This document shows, piece by piece, positions 21,522-31,652 of a stretch of 64,000 bases of DNA (the first letter of the stretch is position 1; every line of letters begins with the position of its first letter). The notes beneath the pieces were generated by a model, which was not told the origin of the DNA, ran no database searches, and saw only the letters and a list, made by a program, of their open reading frames with translations. Source of the DNA: an uncultured delta proteobacterium (GTDB lineage: Bacteria; Desulfobacterota; Binatia; UBA9968); assembly GCA_963745835.1 (NCBI GenBank), contig CAVUZH010000020.1, positions 1 through 64,000 of the forward strand, in the 5' to 3' direction. The position numbers were made by a program, and so were the translations under genes.

Positions 21522-22484
21522 TCAACGAGTACTTTTTCCAATGGCATTGATGAAGCTGTAGTCAATCATCTCGTTCGCAGAGATCTTCGCCTTCAGTCTG
21601 CCGGTCTCAATCTCCTGTTCGACGGTGGCCAGGATACCTGCGTCGAGAATGTGGCCGTCGAGCGGAAACGAATCGCGGTACTCATCGTATCCAGCGCCAG
21701 CCTCGGCAGCATCCAGCCCGACATACTTTCTGAGCGCTCGAATCCCGTCGTCGCGGTTCTCGCGCGTATGCTTCACGCCGCGTTGATAAGCGCGTAAAAA
21801 CTTGGCGGTCTGCTCTTTTTCTTTGGCAAGCCAGCCCTCTCGCGCGATGAAACCGACGTTGGTCCAGTTGGGATAGAGATCCTTGAGGTCGAAGAGCTTA
21901 TTCATGCCGACCGACTTGGCGCGTTCGGTGACCGGGAACCATAGTATGGTTGCATCGACGATGCCGGTGGCCAATGTGGTGAAGCGCGCCGGGGTGGCGC
22001 CGATCTGCAACATCGTGACATCTTTGGGGTCGACGCCCGCCTGGCGCAGCGCCGAACGGGTGAGAAATTCAGAGAGGGAGCCGAAACGGCTGATCGCGAA
22101 CTTTTTCCCTTTGCTGTCCTTCAGCGATTTCATCTTGGGACTGCCATAGATTTGAAACGGCATCACATTGGAGATCGCCCAGAAATTCTTGATGTCCAGT
22201 CCGCCGGCTCGGGCGAGCACGGTCTCCGGCACGCCTCCCGCCATGATCTGCACGTCGCCGCCAATGACTGCCTGGAGATTAGTAGCGCCGGCATTAAACA
22301 TCACCACCAGAACATCCAGGCCTTCGTCCTTAAAGAAGCCTTTGTCCTGAGTGATGTAGATCGGCAGGAACGCAACGTTCACCGTCGAAACTCCGACAAC
22401 GATGCGGCCATCGGCTTGTGGAAGCTTGACGCTGCCCAGCACAACCAGAAACGATAAAGCAAACCATATTACTCGCCAGATCAT
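21522..22484 (-). CDS. ABC substrate-binding protein, NitT/TauT family
   Basis: Signal peptide, KGFFKDEGLDV, KGKKFAISRFGS. Confidence 0.85.
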   Translation of the reverse strand: MIWRVIWFALSFLVVLGSVKLPQADGRIVVGVSTVNVAFLPIYITQDKGFFKDEGLDVLVVMFNAGATNLQAVIGGDVQIMAGGVPETVLARAGGLDIKNFWAISNVMPFQIYGSPKMKSLKDSKGKKFAISRFGSLSEFLTRSALRQAGVDPKDVTMLQIGATPARFTTLATGIVDATILWFPVTERAKSVGMNKLFDLKDLYPNWTNVGFIAREGWLAKEKEQTAKFLRAYQRGVKHTRENRDDGIRALRKYVGLDAAEAGAGYDEYRDSFPLDGHILDAGILATVEQEIETGRLKAKISANEMIDYSFINAIGKSTR

Positions 22485-22638
22485 TAGCTTTCCCTCCGCC
22501 TGCGCACCGTAGGTTAGTCATGGAGACCCGTCAAGAGCCACCGGCGAGGTCCCAGGGGGAACTTCGGTCAGCAAATCTCTTAATGGATGCGCGTAGACGT
22601 CTGGTAAAGCGGCCTTAATGCTTGATGCGATTTTCCGC

Positions 22639-22857
22639 TTACCTCTTCAACGGCACCAGGAGCAAGACTGCGCCAATCACTACTGCTCCCACGCCAGCCC
22701 AAGCTGGAATCTTGACCGTCTCCTTATCTTTCACCTGAAGCTCGAGCGGGCCAATCTTGGCTTCATGAGTTTCTTTTGTGAAACTGAAACTGCCATAGGC
22801 CAGCCCGAGAACACCGGCCACGATCAAAACCACTCCAATCATTTTGACTGCGTTCAT
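22639..22857 (-). CDS. Small membrane protein with two hydrophobic segments
   Basis: GVVLIVAGVLGLAYG...KIGPLEL...IPAWAGVGAVVIG; GGAGGGG RBS. Confidence 0.75.
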   Translation of the reverse strand: MNAVKMIGVVLIVAGVLGLAYGSFSFTKETHEAKIGPLELQVKDKETVKIPAWAGVGAVVIGAVLLLVPLKR

Positions 22858-23174
22858 CTCATCCCCTCCTAAAACGACCTCGTGTATCGTTGTTAGCGAT
22901 GCGTGCGATTCTCTCTATTCGAATCTGCGGAGATTTGTCAACATCACCGATTACCAGTCTCGATGGCCGGCTGGCCCACGGCTGCCAACTTTTCAAAACG
23001 CCAGTACCTCTTCCCATACCCTACGGAAGCGGTTCCCGAGTTCCCTCTCTACTACAGAACCGAGAGATAATTTGACGGCCGGGCAAATGCTGGACATGAC
23101 CGACATCAGATTATAGGCTGCCGACATGGTCGAATGCATAATTAGAGCGCGATTTAACGTACCGGGATGATTTA

Positions 23175-24467
23175 ATGAGCCGGATTTTCATGCGAGATCT
23201 TTTTTGCATCTGCGCGATTCTTGTCTGTCTTCTACCGCAATCAGTCAACGCGCAGGCAACACTGCTCCGCGCTGTCATCTCCAGGACGGACACGCCACAG
23301 CTTTGGGATGACGCCATCGCTGACTTCGAGCAGCAAAATCCCGGGGTTAAAGTCGTCAAGGAGATTGCGCCAAATTCTTCGACCCAGTTCCATGATCTGC
23401 TCACCCAGAAATTGAAAAATCGCGATACTCGCCTGGACGTATTCTTCATGGATGTCATCTGGCCCAGCGAGTTCGCATCGGCTGGCTGGACGTTACCGCT
23501 GGATCGTTTCTTCTCGACCACGGAGCAGGGAAAATTCCTTGAGGCGCCGATAGCGGCCAATCGCTATCGCGGAGAGATCTTCGGCGTGCCGCTTTTCATT
23601 GATGCCGGATTGCTCTATTACCGCAAAGATCTCCTCGAGAAGCATCGGATGGCGCCGCCGCGTCACTGGCCCGAACTTGTGGAGCAAGCTAAAACCGTCC
23701 TTGCTGCCGAGCGAGATCCGCACCTGGTCGGGTATTCGGGCCAGTTCAAACAATACGAAGGGCTAGTCTGCAACATGATGGAATTCATCCTCGGCAACGG
23801 CGGCGCTTTATGGGATGAACAGCGGTTGGTGAGCGCGGTGCAACAAGAACGCGCCAAGCAGGCGGTCCGGTTCGTGCGCGATCATATCATAAGCGAAATC
23901 TCGTCACGCGGCGTGTTGGCCTACGAAGAGCCGGAATCGGTTGCGCTATTTGCCCAGGGACGGGCAATTTTTCACCGCAATTGGCCCTATGCGTGGCGGG
24001 TCGCCAACGATCCTGAACAATCGAGAGTGATAGGTAAAGTCGGTATGATGCCATTACCGGCTTTTCCCGGTGGCAAGGGTGCTTCGACCCTCGGTGGCTG
24101 GCAAATAGGTATCAGCCGCTTTTCTAAAATACCCGAAGTTGCTTGGCGCTTTGTTGCGTTCATGACCAGTCACCAGATGCAAAAGCGGATCGCCTTTTCC
24201 ACCGGCCGCGCGCCTACCCGAAAAGCGCTCTACACGGACCCCGAGCTGCTGGCCCAGGTTCCATGGCTCGAATCTATGCTGGAAACCTTCAAGCAAGCCG
24301 TGCCGCGGCCGAGGACGCCGGTCTACGCGCCGCTTTCGAACATTATGCAACGTTACTTTAGCGCTGCCTTAGCCTTGCCCGGCAGCAAGATCGACCAACG
24401 GTCGGCATTGGCGGCGCGCGACATGGATCGCGTGCTCGATCTATTGCGCGAAGGTGCGGCTCCATGA
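23175..24467 (+). CDS. Sugar ABC transporter substrate-binding protein (trehalose/maltose-like)
   Basis: DVIWPSEFA, DAGLLYYRKDLL, QYEGLVCN, FHRNWPYAW. Confidence 0.9.
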   Translation: MSRIFMRDLFCICAILVCLLPQSVNAQATLLRAVISRTDTPQLWDDAIADFEQQNPGVKVVKEIAPNSSTQFHDLLTQKLKNRDTRLDVFFMDVIWPSEFASAGWTLPLDRFFSTTEQGKFLEAPIAANRYRGEIFGVPLFIDAGLLYYRKDLLEKHRMAPPRHWPELVEQAKTVLAAERDPHLVGYSGQFKQYEGLVCNMMEFILGNGGALWDEQRLVSAVQQERAKQAVRFVRDHIISEISSRGVLAYEEPESVALFAQGRAIFHRNWPYAWRVANDPEQSRVIGKVGMMPLPAFPGGKGASTLGGWQIGISRFSKIPEVAWRFVAFMTSHQMQKRIAFSTGRAPTRKALYTDPELLAQVPWLESMLETFKQAVPRPRTPVYAPLSNIMQRYFSAALALPGSKIDQRSALAARDMDRVLDLLREGAAP

Positions 24468-25351
24468 AAAGCTCGCACCGGTTGGCCCTGCTGTTTATCG
24501 TCCCCAGTCTGGTCTTCGTCTCTGTCTTTACTCTTTATCCGATTATTGAATCCTTTCGCCTGAGTTTTTATCGGATGATCTTGACCCTGCCCTGGCTGGG
24601 CCAAAAAATGGTCGGCTGGGAAAACTACCTCGATCTCTGGACCGACCCGGTCGCATGGCAAGCGTTGCGAACGACGCTCCTATTCGTCGCGGTCACAGTT
24701 CCATCGGAGTTGTTGCTCGGGCTCGGCATGGCGCTGGTGATGAACGAGGCGTTTCGCGGTCGCGGAGTGTTGCGCGCCGTCGTGCTCGTTCCCTGGGCTA
24801 TTCCCACCGTGGTCTCCTCACAAATGTGGCGCTTCATTTTCAATGACCGGTACGGTCTGTTTAACTTCGTTCTGTTCGGCGGCGATACGGCGCGATATTT
24901 TGCGCCGCTGGCGGATCCTCGATTCGCGATGCTGGCAATCATGGCGGCGGAGATCTGGAAAACCGCTCCGTTTGCGGCATTGATTATTCTGGCCGGGCTA
25001 CAAACTATTTCCGACGAAGTTTACGAAGCCGCGAGCATCGACGGCGCCACTTCCTGGCAGAAATTTTATCACGTTACTTTGCCGCTGCTCTGGCCGGCGC
25101 TGTTGTTGGCCTTGCTTTTCCGCACCATCGACGCCCTGCGCGTCTTCGATCTGGTCTTCGTCATGACTCAGGGCGGCCCCGCCGATGCCACCAACGTACT
25201 GCAGTTCTACGGCTATAAGAAAACTTTTGCCGAAGGCATGATCGGTTACGGTTCGACCATCGCGGTGACGGTTTTTATGATCTCGCTGATTTTGGCCCTG
25301 GCCTATTTGCGCGCGCTCAAATCGGAGCGGCTCCAGGGAGCGGCGCGATGA
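24464..25351 (+). CDS. Sugar ABC transporter permease (MalF-like)
   Basis: EAA loop YEAASIDGA, FRTIDALRVFD, TQGGP. Confidence 0.92.
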   Translation: MKSSHRLALLFIVPSLVFVSVFTLYPIIESFRLSFYRMILTLPWLGQKMVGWENYLDLWTDPVAWQALRTTLLFVAVTVPSELLLGLGMALVMNEAFRGRGVLRAVVLVPWAIPTVVSSQMWRFIFNDRYGLFNFVLFGGDTARYFAPLADPRFAMLAIMAAEIWKTAPFAALIILAGLQTISDEVYEAASIDGATSWQKFYHVTLPLLWPALLLALLFRTIDALRVFDLVFVMTQGGPADATNVLQFYGYKKTFAEGMIGYGSTIAVTVFMISLILALAYLRALKSERLQGAAR

Positions 25352-26163
25352 AGCGATCTTCGGCATTGGCGGTGTTTGCTCTGGCCATCGCGCTGTACTG
25401 TTTGCTTCCGTTTCTGTGGTTTGTGCTCACGTCGTTCAAGACACCGGCCGAATTGGCGGCGATCCCGCCCAAGCTCGTGCCATCCCTTCACTGGGGTTTT
25501 TATCACTCGGCACTGTTCGATCACGGCTTGGCTCGGTACGTCGGCAACAGTCTGATCGTTGCCGGCGCTGCCACCCTGATCAGCATTACCGTAGGGTCCA
25601 TGGCCGCCTATGCCATCAGCCGTTTTCAACTGGCATGGACGAGATTCTACCTGCTGGCGCTGCTGGCGATCTCGATGTTTCCGCAGATCGCCATTGCCGG
25701 TCCGGTCTGGAACATTCTTAACCATTTGGACTGGCTGAATACTTACCATGGTCTGGTAACCGCCTATATCGCGCTTTCTCTGCCCCTGGCGATCTGGATT
25801 CTCACGACATTTTTTCGTGAAGTCCCGGTCGAAATCGAGGAAGCAGCCCTGATCGATGGTTGCAGCCGTCTGCAGGTTCTGCGCAAAGTAGTTTTGCCTC
25901 TGGCCGCGCCCGGAATTCTGACAGCGGCGTTGTTAGTCTTTATTCATACCTGGAATGAGTTTTTCTTTGCTCTGATCATCATGACTGATCCGGACATCCA
26001 GACACTGCCGGTGGGCATCGCGCTCTTTCCCGGCGAATACACCATGCCTTGGGGTGAAATCGCCGCGGCTTCGACATTAGCGACTCTGCCGCTAATATTT
26101 CTGACGCTGTTTTTTCAGCGCGGGATCGTCAGAGGCTTGTCGGCGGGCGCCGTAAAAGGTTGA
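25348..26163 (+). CDS. Sugar ABC transporter permease (MalG-like)
   Basis: IEEAALIDG, WNEFFFAL, C-terminal GLSAGAVKG. Confidence 0.92.
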   Translation: MKRSSALAVFALAIALYCLLPFLWFVLTSFKTPAELAAIPPKLVPSLHWGFYHSALFDHGLARYVGNSLIVAGAATLISITVGSMAAYAISRFQLAWTRFYLLALLAISMFPQIAIAGPVWNILNHLDWLNTYHGLVTAYIALSLPLAIWILTTFFREVPVEIEEAALIDGCSRLQVLRKVVLPLAAPGILTAALLVFIHTWNEFFFALIIMTDPDIQTLPVGIALFPGEYTMPWGEIAAASTLATLPLIFLTLFFQRGIVRGLSAGAVKG

Positions 26164-26204
26164 AAGCAAGCATGTATCTTGATCCGACAAAACCTGCGGC
26201 TGAC

Positions 26205-26365
26205 TTAGCGGGCGAAGGCGGTGAGACCGGAAGCCGTGGGCACCTGGGCGTACAGGTTGATGTCAGGCCCAACATAGGTAACCTCGCCCTGAGGGGGATT
26301 GCGGGGTGGCCCTTGAGGCAGCGCCCTATTGCCGACGGCTGGAGGGCTCATCACATTCGCGCTGG
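26205..26365. ncRNA. Candidate structured RNA or element: long interrupted hairpin inside the ABC operon
   Basis: Nested pairings GCGAA/TTCGC, GGTGAG/CTCATC, AGCCGT/ACGGCT, GGCA/TGCC, GGGCGT/GCGCCC, GGCC/GGCC, CCTCGC/GCGGGG. Confidence 0.5.
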
Positions 26366-26392
26366 CGGAGTTCCACAACCGGAGGAATCCCT

Positions 26393-27472
26393 ATCGCAGC
26401 TCTAACCGTGCATCGGCTCTCGAAGCAGTTCGGCGCCAATGAAATCCTGAAGGACATATCCTTTGAGGTCGGCGACGGCGAGTTTTGCATCCTTCTCGGA
26501 CCTTCGGGCTGCGGTAAATCTACCCTCCTGCGGCTGATCGCCGGGTTGGAAAAGCCCAGCTCCGGAAAGATTCTTTTCGACAGCCAGCGTATCGAGCATC
26601 TGCCGCCGCGCGAGCGCAACATCGCCTTCGTCTTCCAGAGCTATGCGCTCTATCCGCACATGACCGTTTTCGACAATCTGGCTTTTTCTCTGAAGCTCCG
26701 CGGCGAGCCTGGCGCGGAGATCGCCGCCAAGGTACGAGATGCGGCGCGCCTGCTCGAGATCGAAAACTTAATCGAGCGCCGGCCCCATAGCTTGAGCGGC
26801 GGGCAGCGGCAAAGAGTAGCACTCGGGCGCGCGATCGTGCGCCAGCCGCAAATTTTCCTCTTTGATGAGCCGCTGTCGAATCTCGATGCTGCGCTACGCG
26901 CCACCATGCGGGTGGAGCTGGCGCGATTGCACCGACGCCTTGGCACCACGATTGTCTATGTCACACACGACCAGGCCGAGGCGCTGACGTTGGGCGAAAA
27001 AATTATCGTTCTGCACCAAGGAAGCATCCAGCAGATCGGCTCACCCTCAGACATTTATCAACGACCGGCGAATACCCAAGTCGCATCATTCGTCGGCAGT
27101 CCGCAAATGAATCTGTTACGCGGCACTGTGGATGAAGGCGGATCGGTTTTTCACTGCGGCAGCCTGGACCTGAACCTCGCAGCCATTTTCGCAAGACCGC
27201 TGCCGCAACTCGCCGGCAACGCTGCTGCGATTGGCATTCGCCCGGAGAATTTGCAGCTGGCCGAGGCGGCCGGACAGAGCTGGATCAATGGTGATGTCGA
27301 GATTATCGAGGATCTGGGTTCGGACCGGTTCCTGCACGTGAAATGCGCCGAGGTCGAACTGATCGCTCGGACCGGCAGAGAGTCGAATGTTAAACAAGGA
27401 GACATGGTCGGCTTCAGCGTCACCCCGGAGCAGGTACATGTCTTTAAGAATGACCGGCGAATCGCTCCATGA
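26393..27472 (+). CDS. Sugar ABC transporter ATP-binding protein (MalK/UgpC-like)
   Basis: GPSGCGKST, LSGGQRQRVALGR, FDEPLSNLDA, YVTHDQ; GGAGG precedes an in-frame ATC at 26393 (alternative GTG 26408). Confidence 0.9.
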   Translation: MAALTVHRLSKQFGANEILKDISFEVGDGEFCILLGPSGCGKSTLLRLIAGLEKPSSGKILFDSQRIEHLPPRERNIAFVFQSYALYPHMTVFDNLAFSLKLRGEPGAEIAAKVRDAARLLEIENLIERRPHSLSGGQRQRVALGRAIVRQPQIFLFDEPLSNLDAALRATMRVELARLHRRLGTTIVYVTHDQAEALTLGEKIIVLHQGSIQQIGSPSDIYQRPANTQVASFVGSPQMNLLRGTVDEGGSVFHCGSLDLNLAAIFARPLPQLAGNAAAIGIRPENLQLAEAAGQSWINGDVEIIEDLGSDRFLHVKCAEVELIARTGRESNVKQGDMVGFSVTPEQVHVFKNDRRIAP

Positions 27473-27525
27473 CCCTTTGGATTCAGGTATGCACTCCTGA
27501 GTAAACAAACAAGAAGTATTCAGCG

Positions 27526-28350
27526 ATGAAGCACGCCGGCGTCAAACCAGCAATTGGCTCGCTCCTGTTGCTCTTGGCCTGGGTCATTTTTCCACGGCCT
27601 AACCCCGCTGCCGAATTGAAGATCGCGGCCAGAGGGGCTGTGCTGATGAATGCGCAAACGGGGAAGATTATCCGGGCCCACAATCAAGATCTGGCGCTGC
27701 CGCCGGCAAGCACCGCCAAAGTCCTCACGGCATTGGTCGTGCTCGATCAGAACCGCACCAGTGACGTCGTCACTATTCCGCCCGAGGCGCTGCGCGTTTC
27801 GGGCGCGGGCACACAACTCACAGCCGGAGAAAAGCTATCGGTGGGCGATTTGCTTCATGCCATGCTGTTGGGCTCCGGCAACGATGCCGCCATTGCGCTG
27901 GCCCTTCATACTGATGGTTCCACCGATAGTTTCGTTCAACGAATGAATTATAAGGCGCATACGCTGGGCGCGGTTCGTTCCCGCTTTTTTAATCCTACCG
28001 GCATGCCTCACCCGCAACAGCTGACCACCGCGCGGGATCTGGCGCTAATCACCAAAGCCGCTCTTGAGAATTCGGAGTTCCGCAGGATCGTCGGGGAGAA
28101 AACATACCGGTGGAGGAGCAGCGGGTGGCAAGGCACAATCAAAAATTCCAATAAATTGCTATTCAGTTACGACGGCGCCATCGGCGTAAAGACCGGCAAC
28201 ACCCTAGAAGCCGGCTATTGCCTTGTGGCAGCCGCCCAACGAGCCGGGCAAATCTATATTGCGGTGGTTTTGAAGAGCGGCGAAAAATCCGTTTGGCAGG
28301 ATGCCAGGAAGCTTCTCGATTATGGGTTCAAAAACATGACTTCATTTTAA
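27526..28350 (+). CDS. D-alanyl-D-alanine carboxypeptidase, peptidase S11
   Basis: SxxK (STAK), SGN and KTG motifs. Confidence 0.9.
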   Translation: MKHAGVKPAIGSLLLLLAWVIFPRPNPAAELKIAARGAVLMNAQTGKIIRAHNQDLALPPASTAKVLTALVVLDQNRTSDVVTIPPEALRVSGAGTQLTAGEKLSVGDLLHAMLLGSGNDAAIALALHTDGSTDSFVQRMNYKAHTLGAVRSRFFNPTGMPHPQQLTTARDLALITKAALENSEFRRIVGEKTYRWRSSGWQGTIKNSNKLLFSYDGAIGVKTGNTLEAGYCLVAAAQRAGQIYIAVVLKSGEKSVWQDARKLLDYGFKNMTSF

Positions 28351-28554
28351 CCGACAGAACCGGTCCTTCAGAAAGCCCCGACATACTGTGTCAATCGAGG
28401 GATGCGCTTGGCTCGGCCCTCGATTAACGTCACGATGAATAAAACCGCTCCTAGCACGGTGCTATATTCGTCACGAGATCTCGAAGTGAATGACAACTGC
28501 CAGCCAATCGTGATACCAGAGACGAATGAAAACTGCTCAAGGAGAAGCGCGCCG

Positions 28555-29265
28555 ATGAAGATACTCTGCCGTGATTTAGACGCCGATAAAGATGGTATCC
28601 CCGGATATATTGCCCATCCTGAACGCAAAGAACCCGGCCCCGGAATATTGATCGTGCATCATCACTACGGCGTCACCGGCCACCTCAAGTCGGTGACCTG
28701 CGATTTTGCCAAGCAGGGGTATACCACAGTCGCTCTCGGCATTTATAAGCTTCTCGGTGAAGCAGACGGAGTCCACGAGGCGCAGAAAAAAACCACTGAC
28801 GGACAATTCGTTGAAGTGATTCAGCGAGGCTGGCGCTATCTCACTAAGAGAAACGATGTCGCCCCCAAACGCTGCGCTGTGGTCGGCTACTGCATGGGCG
28901 GTCGCATCGGCATCCACTTCGTCGCGGCAACTCCGGACGTGCGCAGCTTCGTAGGTTATTACCCTTCCGTGCGCGATGAAGGGCCCAGCCAGTTACGCCC
29001 GCGTCATCCTAACGACGCGGTCAAGGATTTTAAATGCCCGTCGCTCATCTTCTTTGGCGGCAACGATCATGTGGCCAGCGTCGCCGTGCAAGATCGTCTG
29101 AAAACCAGCCTTCATGCTAATGGCCAACCCCTTGATTGGCATTTCTTCCAGCACGCGGGTCACGGCTTCGCTCTCGGCGATGGCGACTGCTACGATCCGC
29201 GACTGGCCGGGCTTGCCTGGACGATTACGTCGGACTTTCTCGAGCGGGAACTGGGAACCGAGTAG
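28555..29265 (+). CDS. Dienelactone hydrolase family protein
   Basis: GYCMGG nucleophile, AGHGF; AAGGAG RBS before ATG 28555. Confidence 0.88.
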   Translation: MKILCRDLDADKDGIPGYIAHPERKEPGPGILIVHHHYGVTGHLKSVTCDFAKQGYTTVALGIYKLLGEADGVHEAQKKTTDGQFVEVIQRGWRYLTKRNDVAPKRCAVVGYCMGGRIGIHFVAATPDVRSFVGYYPSVRDEGPSQLRPRHPNDAVKDFKCPSLIFFGGNDHVASVAVQDRLKTSLHANGQPLDWHFFQHAGHGFALGDGDCYDPRLAGLAWTITSDFLERELGTE

Positions 29266-29382
29266 CCTGCTGAAAAGCCTTATGGTTCGTTACGCTCGCC
29301 CGATTCGCTTCAATGTACTGAAGCGTACGCCTCAGCTCATCGAACTTCGGGTGCCTCGCCTCCGAGTCTTTTTGAGCAGCCT
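29264..29382 (-). mobile_element. MITE-like element, family A (inverted relative to the 58452 copy)
   Basis: Terminal inverted repeats AGCCTGCTGAAAA / TTTTGAGCAGCCT; reverse complement aligns along its length with 58452-58578. Confidence 0.7.
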
Positions 29383-29449
29383 ATGATTCGATAGTTTTCA
29401 GTAAACCGGCAGAAGATACCCAATTATGTGAAGAGCAAATCCGCAGTGC

Positions 29450-29920
29450 CTAAAGTTCCTTGTAGGCAAAAACTCGGAATGGTTGATAGCCGAGTCGCTG
29501 CCATGAAATCGCGGCCAATTCGTTCTTGACCATATACGAAAGCTCAATGACACCGACTTCCTTCTGCCGAAACCAATCTTCCGCGGCACTGACCAGCTTA
29601 GCCGCGATGCCGCTGCGCCGGTTTGCTGGCTCGACCCAACACACCGCAATATGACCCGACCTACCGAGACGTGACGCCGAGAACGACGAACTGCCGATGC
29701 TGGCCAGCAAGCAAGCTACAGGCGAACCTTCGACTTCCTCCAATAACGTGAGCGCGTCTTCGCGGCCTACATAACGCTTGACGTGAGTGCGGATGGTTTC
29801 GTCGGCCGTTTCCGGCAGCCGCGCGATATAGAAATCCTGCTCGCCGGCTTTCATATGATAGGCAATCTTCACATAGCACTCGGCGAGAAAGTCCAAATCG
29901 TTTTCGGTCGCTTGGCGCAT
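29450..29920 (-). CDS. GNAT family acetyltransferase
   Basis: WVEPANRRSGIAAKL, N..A..W..LGY. Confidence 0.85.
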   Translation of the reverse strand: MRQATENDLDFLAECYVKIAYHMKAGEQDFYIARLPETADETIRTHVKRYVGREDALTLLEEVEGSPVACLLASIGSSSFSASRLGRSGHIAVCWVEPANRRSGIAAKLVSAAEDWFRQKEVGVIELSYMVKNELAAISWQRLGYQPFRVFAYKEL

Positions 29921-29924
29921 GGAG

Positions 29925-30410
29925 CTATTTGAGCGGCATCGGCGCGACTGGATGATTGGGATCAGTCCATTGGACCAGTTCCGGCTTCTCAGCGGCAGCT
30001 ATATCCAGATTGATGACGATGGGTTCTTGATCGCTTCGAACCAGCACGCAAAACAAAGGCTCGGCCGTGCTGGCATTGATCTCCTGATGCGGCACGAAGG
30101 GCGGCACAAAGATAAAATCGCCGGGCCCCGCCTCGGCGACATACTCCAGTGATTCGCCCCAGCGCATCCGGGCGTTGCCGCTGACCACATAGATGACGCT
30201 TTCCAATTCACCATGATGGTGCGGTCCGGTTTTGGCATCGGGATGGATCGTCACGGTGCCGGCCCAGAGTTTGGTTGCGCCGGTGCGCGCGTGGGTGATC
30301 GCGGCGGCGCGCGTCATTCCCGGAGTTTGCGCAGTATTGAGATCAAGCTGCGCGCTCGCAATGATTTTGACTCCATGGTCTCGCCAATTCCGTTCGGATG
30401 ATGAAACCAT
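29925..30410 (-). CDS. Cupin-domain protein
   Basis: TGPHHHGELES, GDFIFVPPFVPHQEIN. Confidence 0.88.
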   Translation of the reverse strand: MVSSSERNWRDHGVKIIASAQLDLNTAQTPGMTRAAAITHARTGATKLWAGTVTIHPDAKTGPHHHGELESVIYVVSGNARMRWGESLEYVAEAGPGDFIFVPPFVPHQEINASTAEPLFCVLVRSDQEPIVINLDIAAAEKPELVQWTDPNHPVAPMPLK

Positions 30411-30484
30411 ATCTTCCTCCGTTCGTTCGTTGACCTTACTGTTCGGGTTCCGGCAGAAACCCGTCTCTCACTCGACGATCTTAA

Positions 30485-30539
30485 TGTCATTCCGACTGAA
30501 TGTGAGGGTCTAAGATTTCTCGCTGCGCTCGAAATGACA
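30485..30539. repeat. REP-like palindrome of the GTCATT...AATGAC class
   Basis: TGTCATTCCGAC...AGATTTCTCGCTGCGCTCGAAATGACA. Confidence 0.6.
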
Positions 30540-30587
30540 ACAGAGACATCATGGGTACCGACTGTTCCGAGATGGGTTTCGTAGACT

Positions 30588-31568
30588 TCATACTTCCGTT
30601 CGGACTAGACTTTGTGCCTTCCGGTCCCAACGCCAGAGATTTGCCGTTGTTAGATGAACACCACCGAGCCATTTGTCAATGCCGTTAATTTCGATCCAGT
30701 CGAGCTCGTTCGCAAGCACCCTCTCGCCGGCCTGTGTGATGACAATCTGTTGTTCATTGAATTCAGACCAGGATGCGCAAAGGCTTGGCAGCACAAACCC
30801 GCCATGAACAGCGCGCAGTAATGGGCGCTTGCTCTCGGTCATTCTCGCCAAATAGAGCCAGAACAAACTGTCTCCCATGAAGCGGCTTTCTTCGCATGCT
30901 TGGGCGGCGGCGAAAATCTTTCCCGGTTTACTGTTTCCGTCCTGCACGGCTTTGAGAATCGCTTCCTCCGTTCGATTCACTCCATTCTTTAATGACGGGT
31001 ACTGTTCGAGGTGCCGAAGTACCGATGCGCCGAGAAAAGGTAAAGCCGCTAAATCCATCGTCAACAAATTTTCCCAGCACGTAGGATTAGGAGAACAGAA
31101 CGCCGACCAAGCTTTCACGCCAAGCTCCAGATGTTCCGGCAGCACGGTTCGACGCAGTGGATAAAGCGCGGCAAGGGATTCCGGCTGCATCGTGCCTAGG
31201 TAGTCGCCAGCACAAATCATGCTGAGAGAAGTGTCGTTGAAATCTTGACCGGCAAACCAGTCGAGTATCTGTAACAGCTGGAGCTGATCGTAAAGGTCGT
31301 GCTCGAACCACAGGATGACTTCTTGATATTCTCGAAAAGAAGCGAGCTTGGTATCTCTGGCTCGAAAGTCAGCCCGTGCTTTCTCACGCGTCTGCCAGCC
31401 ACAATCGGCGATGAATTGGGCGCGGACCTCCGACATCTGCGCAAGGGACAGCCCGGCGGGTACCGACCCTTCGTGCAATACATCACGCCACGGCAAGACC
31501 TCCCCGCCGAGGCCGGCTTTTTCCATGACAGTTAGGGTGGCGTCGCCGTTGGTAATGTGCAAGGTCAT
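30588..31568 (-). CDS. DUF1835-like protein
   Basis: LHITNGD, WRDVLHEG, LWFEHDLYDQLQL, DKWLGGVHL. Confidence 0.8.
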   Translation of the reverse strand: MTLHITNGDATLTVMEKAGLGGEVLPWRDVLHEGSVPAGLSLAQMSEVRAQFIADCGWQTREKARADFRARDTKLASFREYQEVILWFEHDLYDQLQLLQILDWFAGQDFNDTSLSMICAGDYLGTMQPESLAALYPLRRTVLPEHLELGVKAWSAFCSPNPTCWENLLTMDLAALPFLGASVLRHLEQYPSLKNGVNRTEEAILKAVQDGNSKPGKIFAAAQACEESRFMGDSLFWLYLARMTESKRPLLRAVHGGFVLPSLCASWSEFNEQQIVITQAGERVLANELDWIEINGIDKWLGGVHLTTANLWRWDRKAQSLVRTEV

Positions 31569-31652
31569 CGGTAGTTATACCAGCGAGCACGCCGGAAACG
31601 GCAACCCAAGAGAAGTTAATTTATGTACTGTCCGTGACAACAGCGTCGCGAC

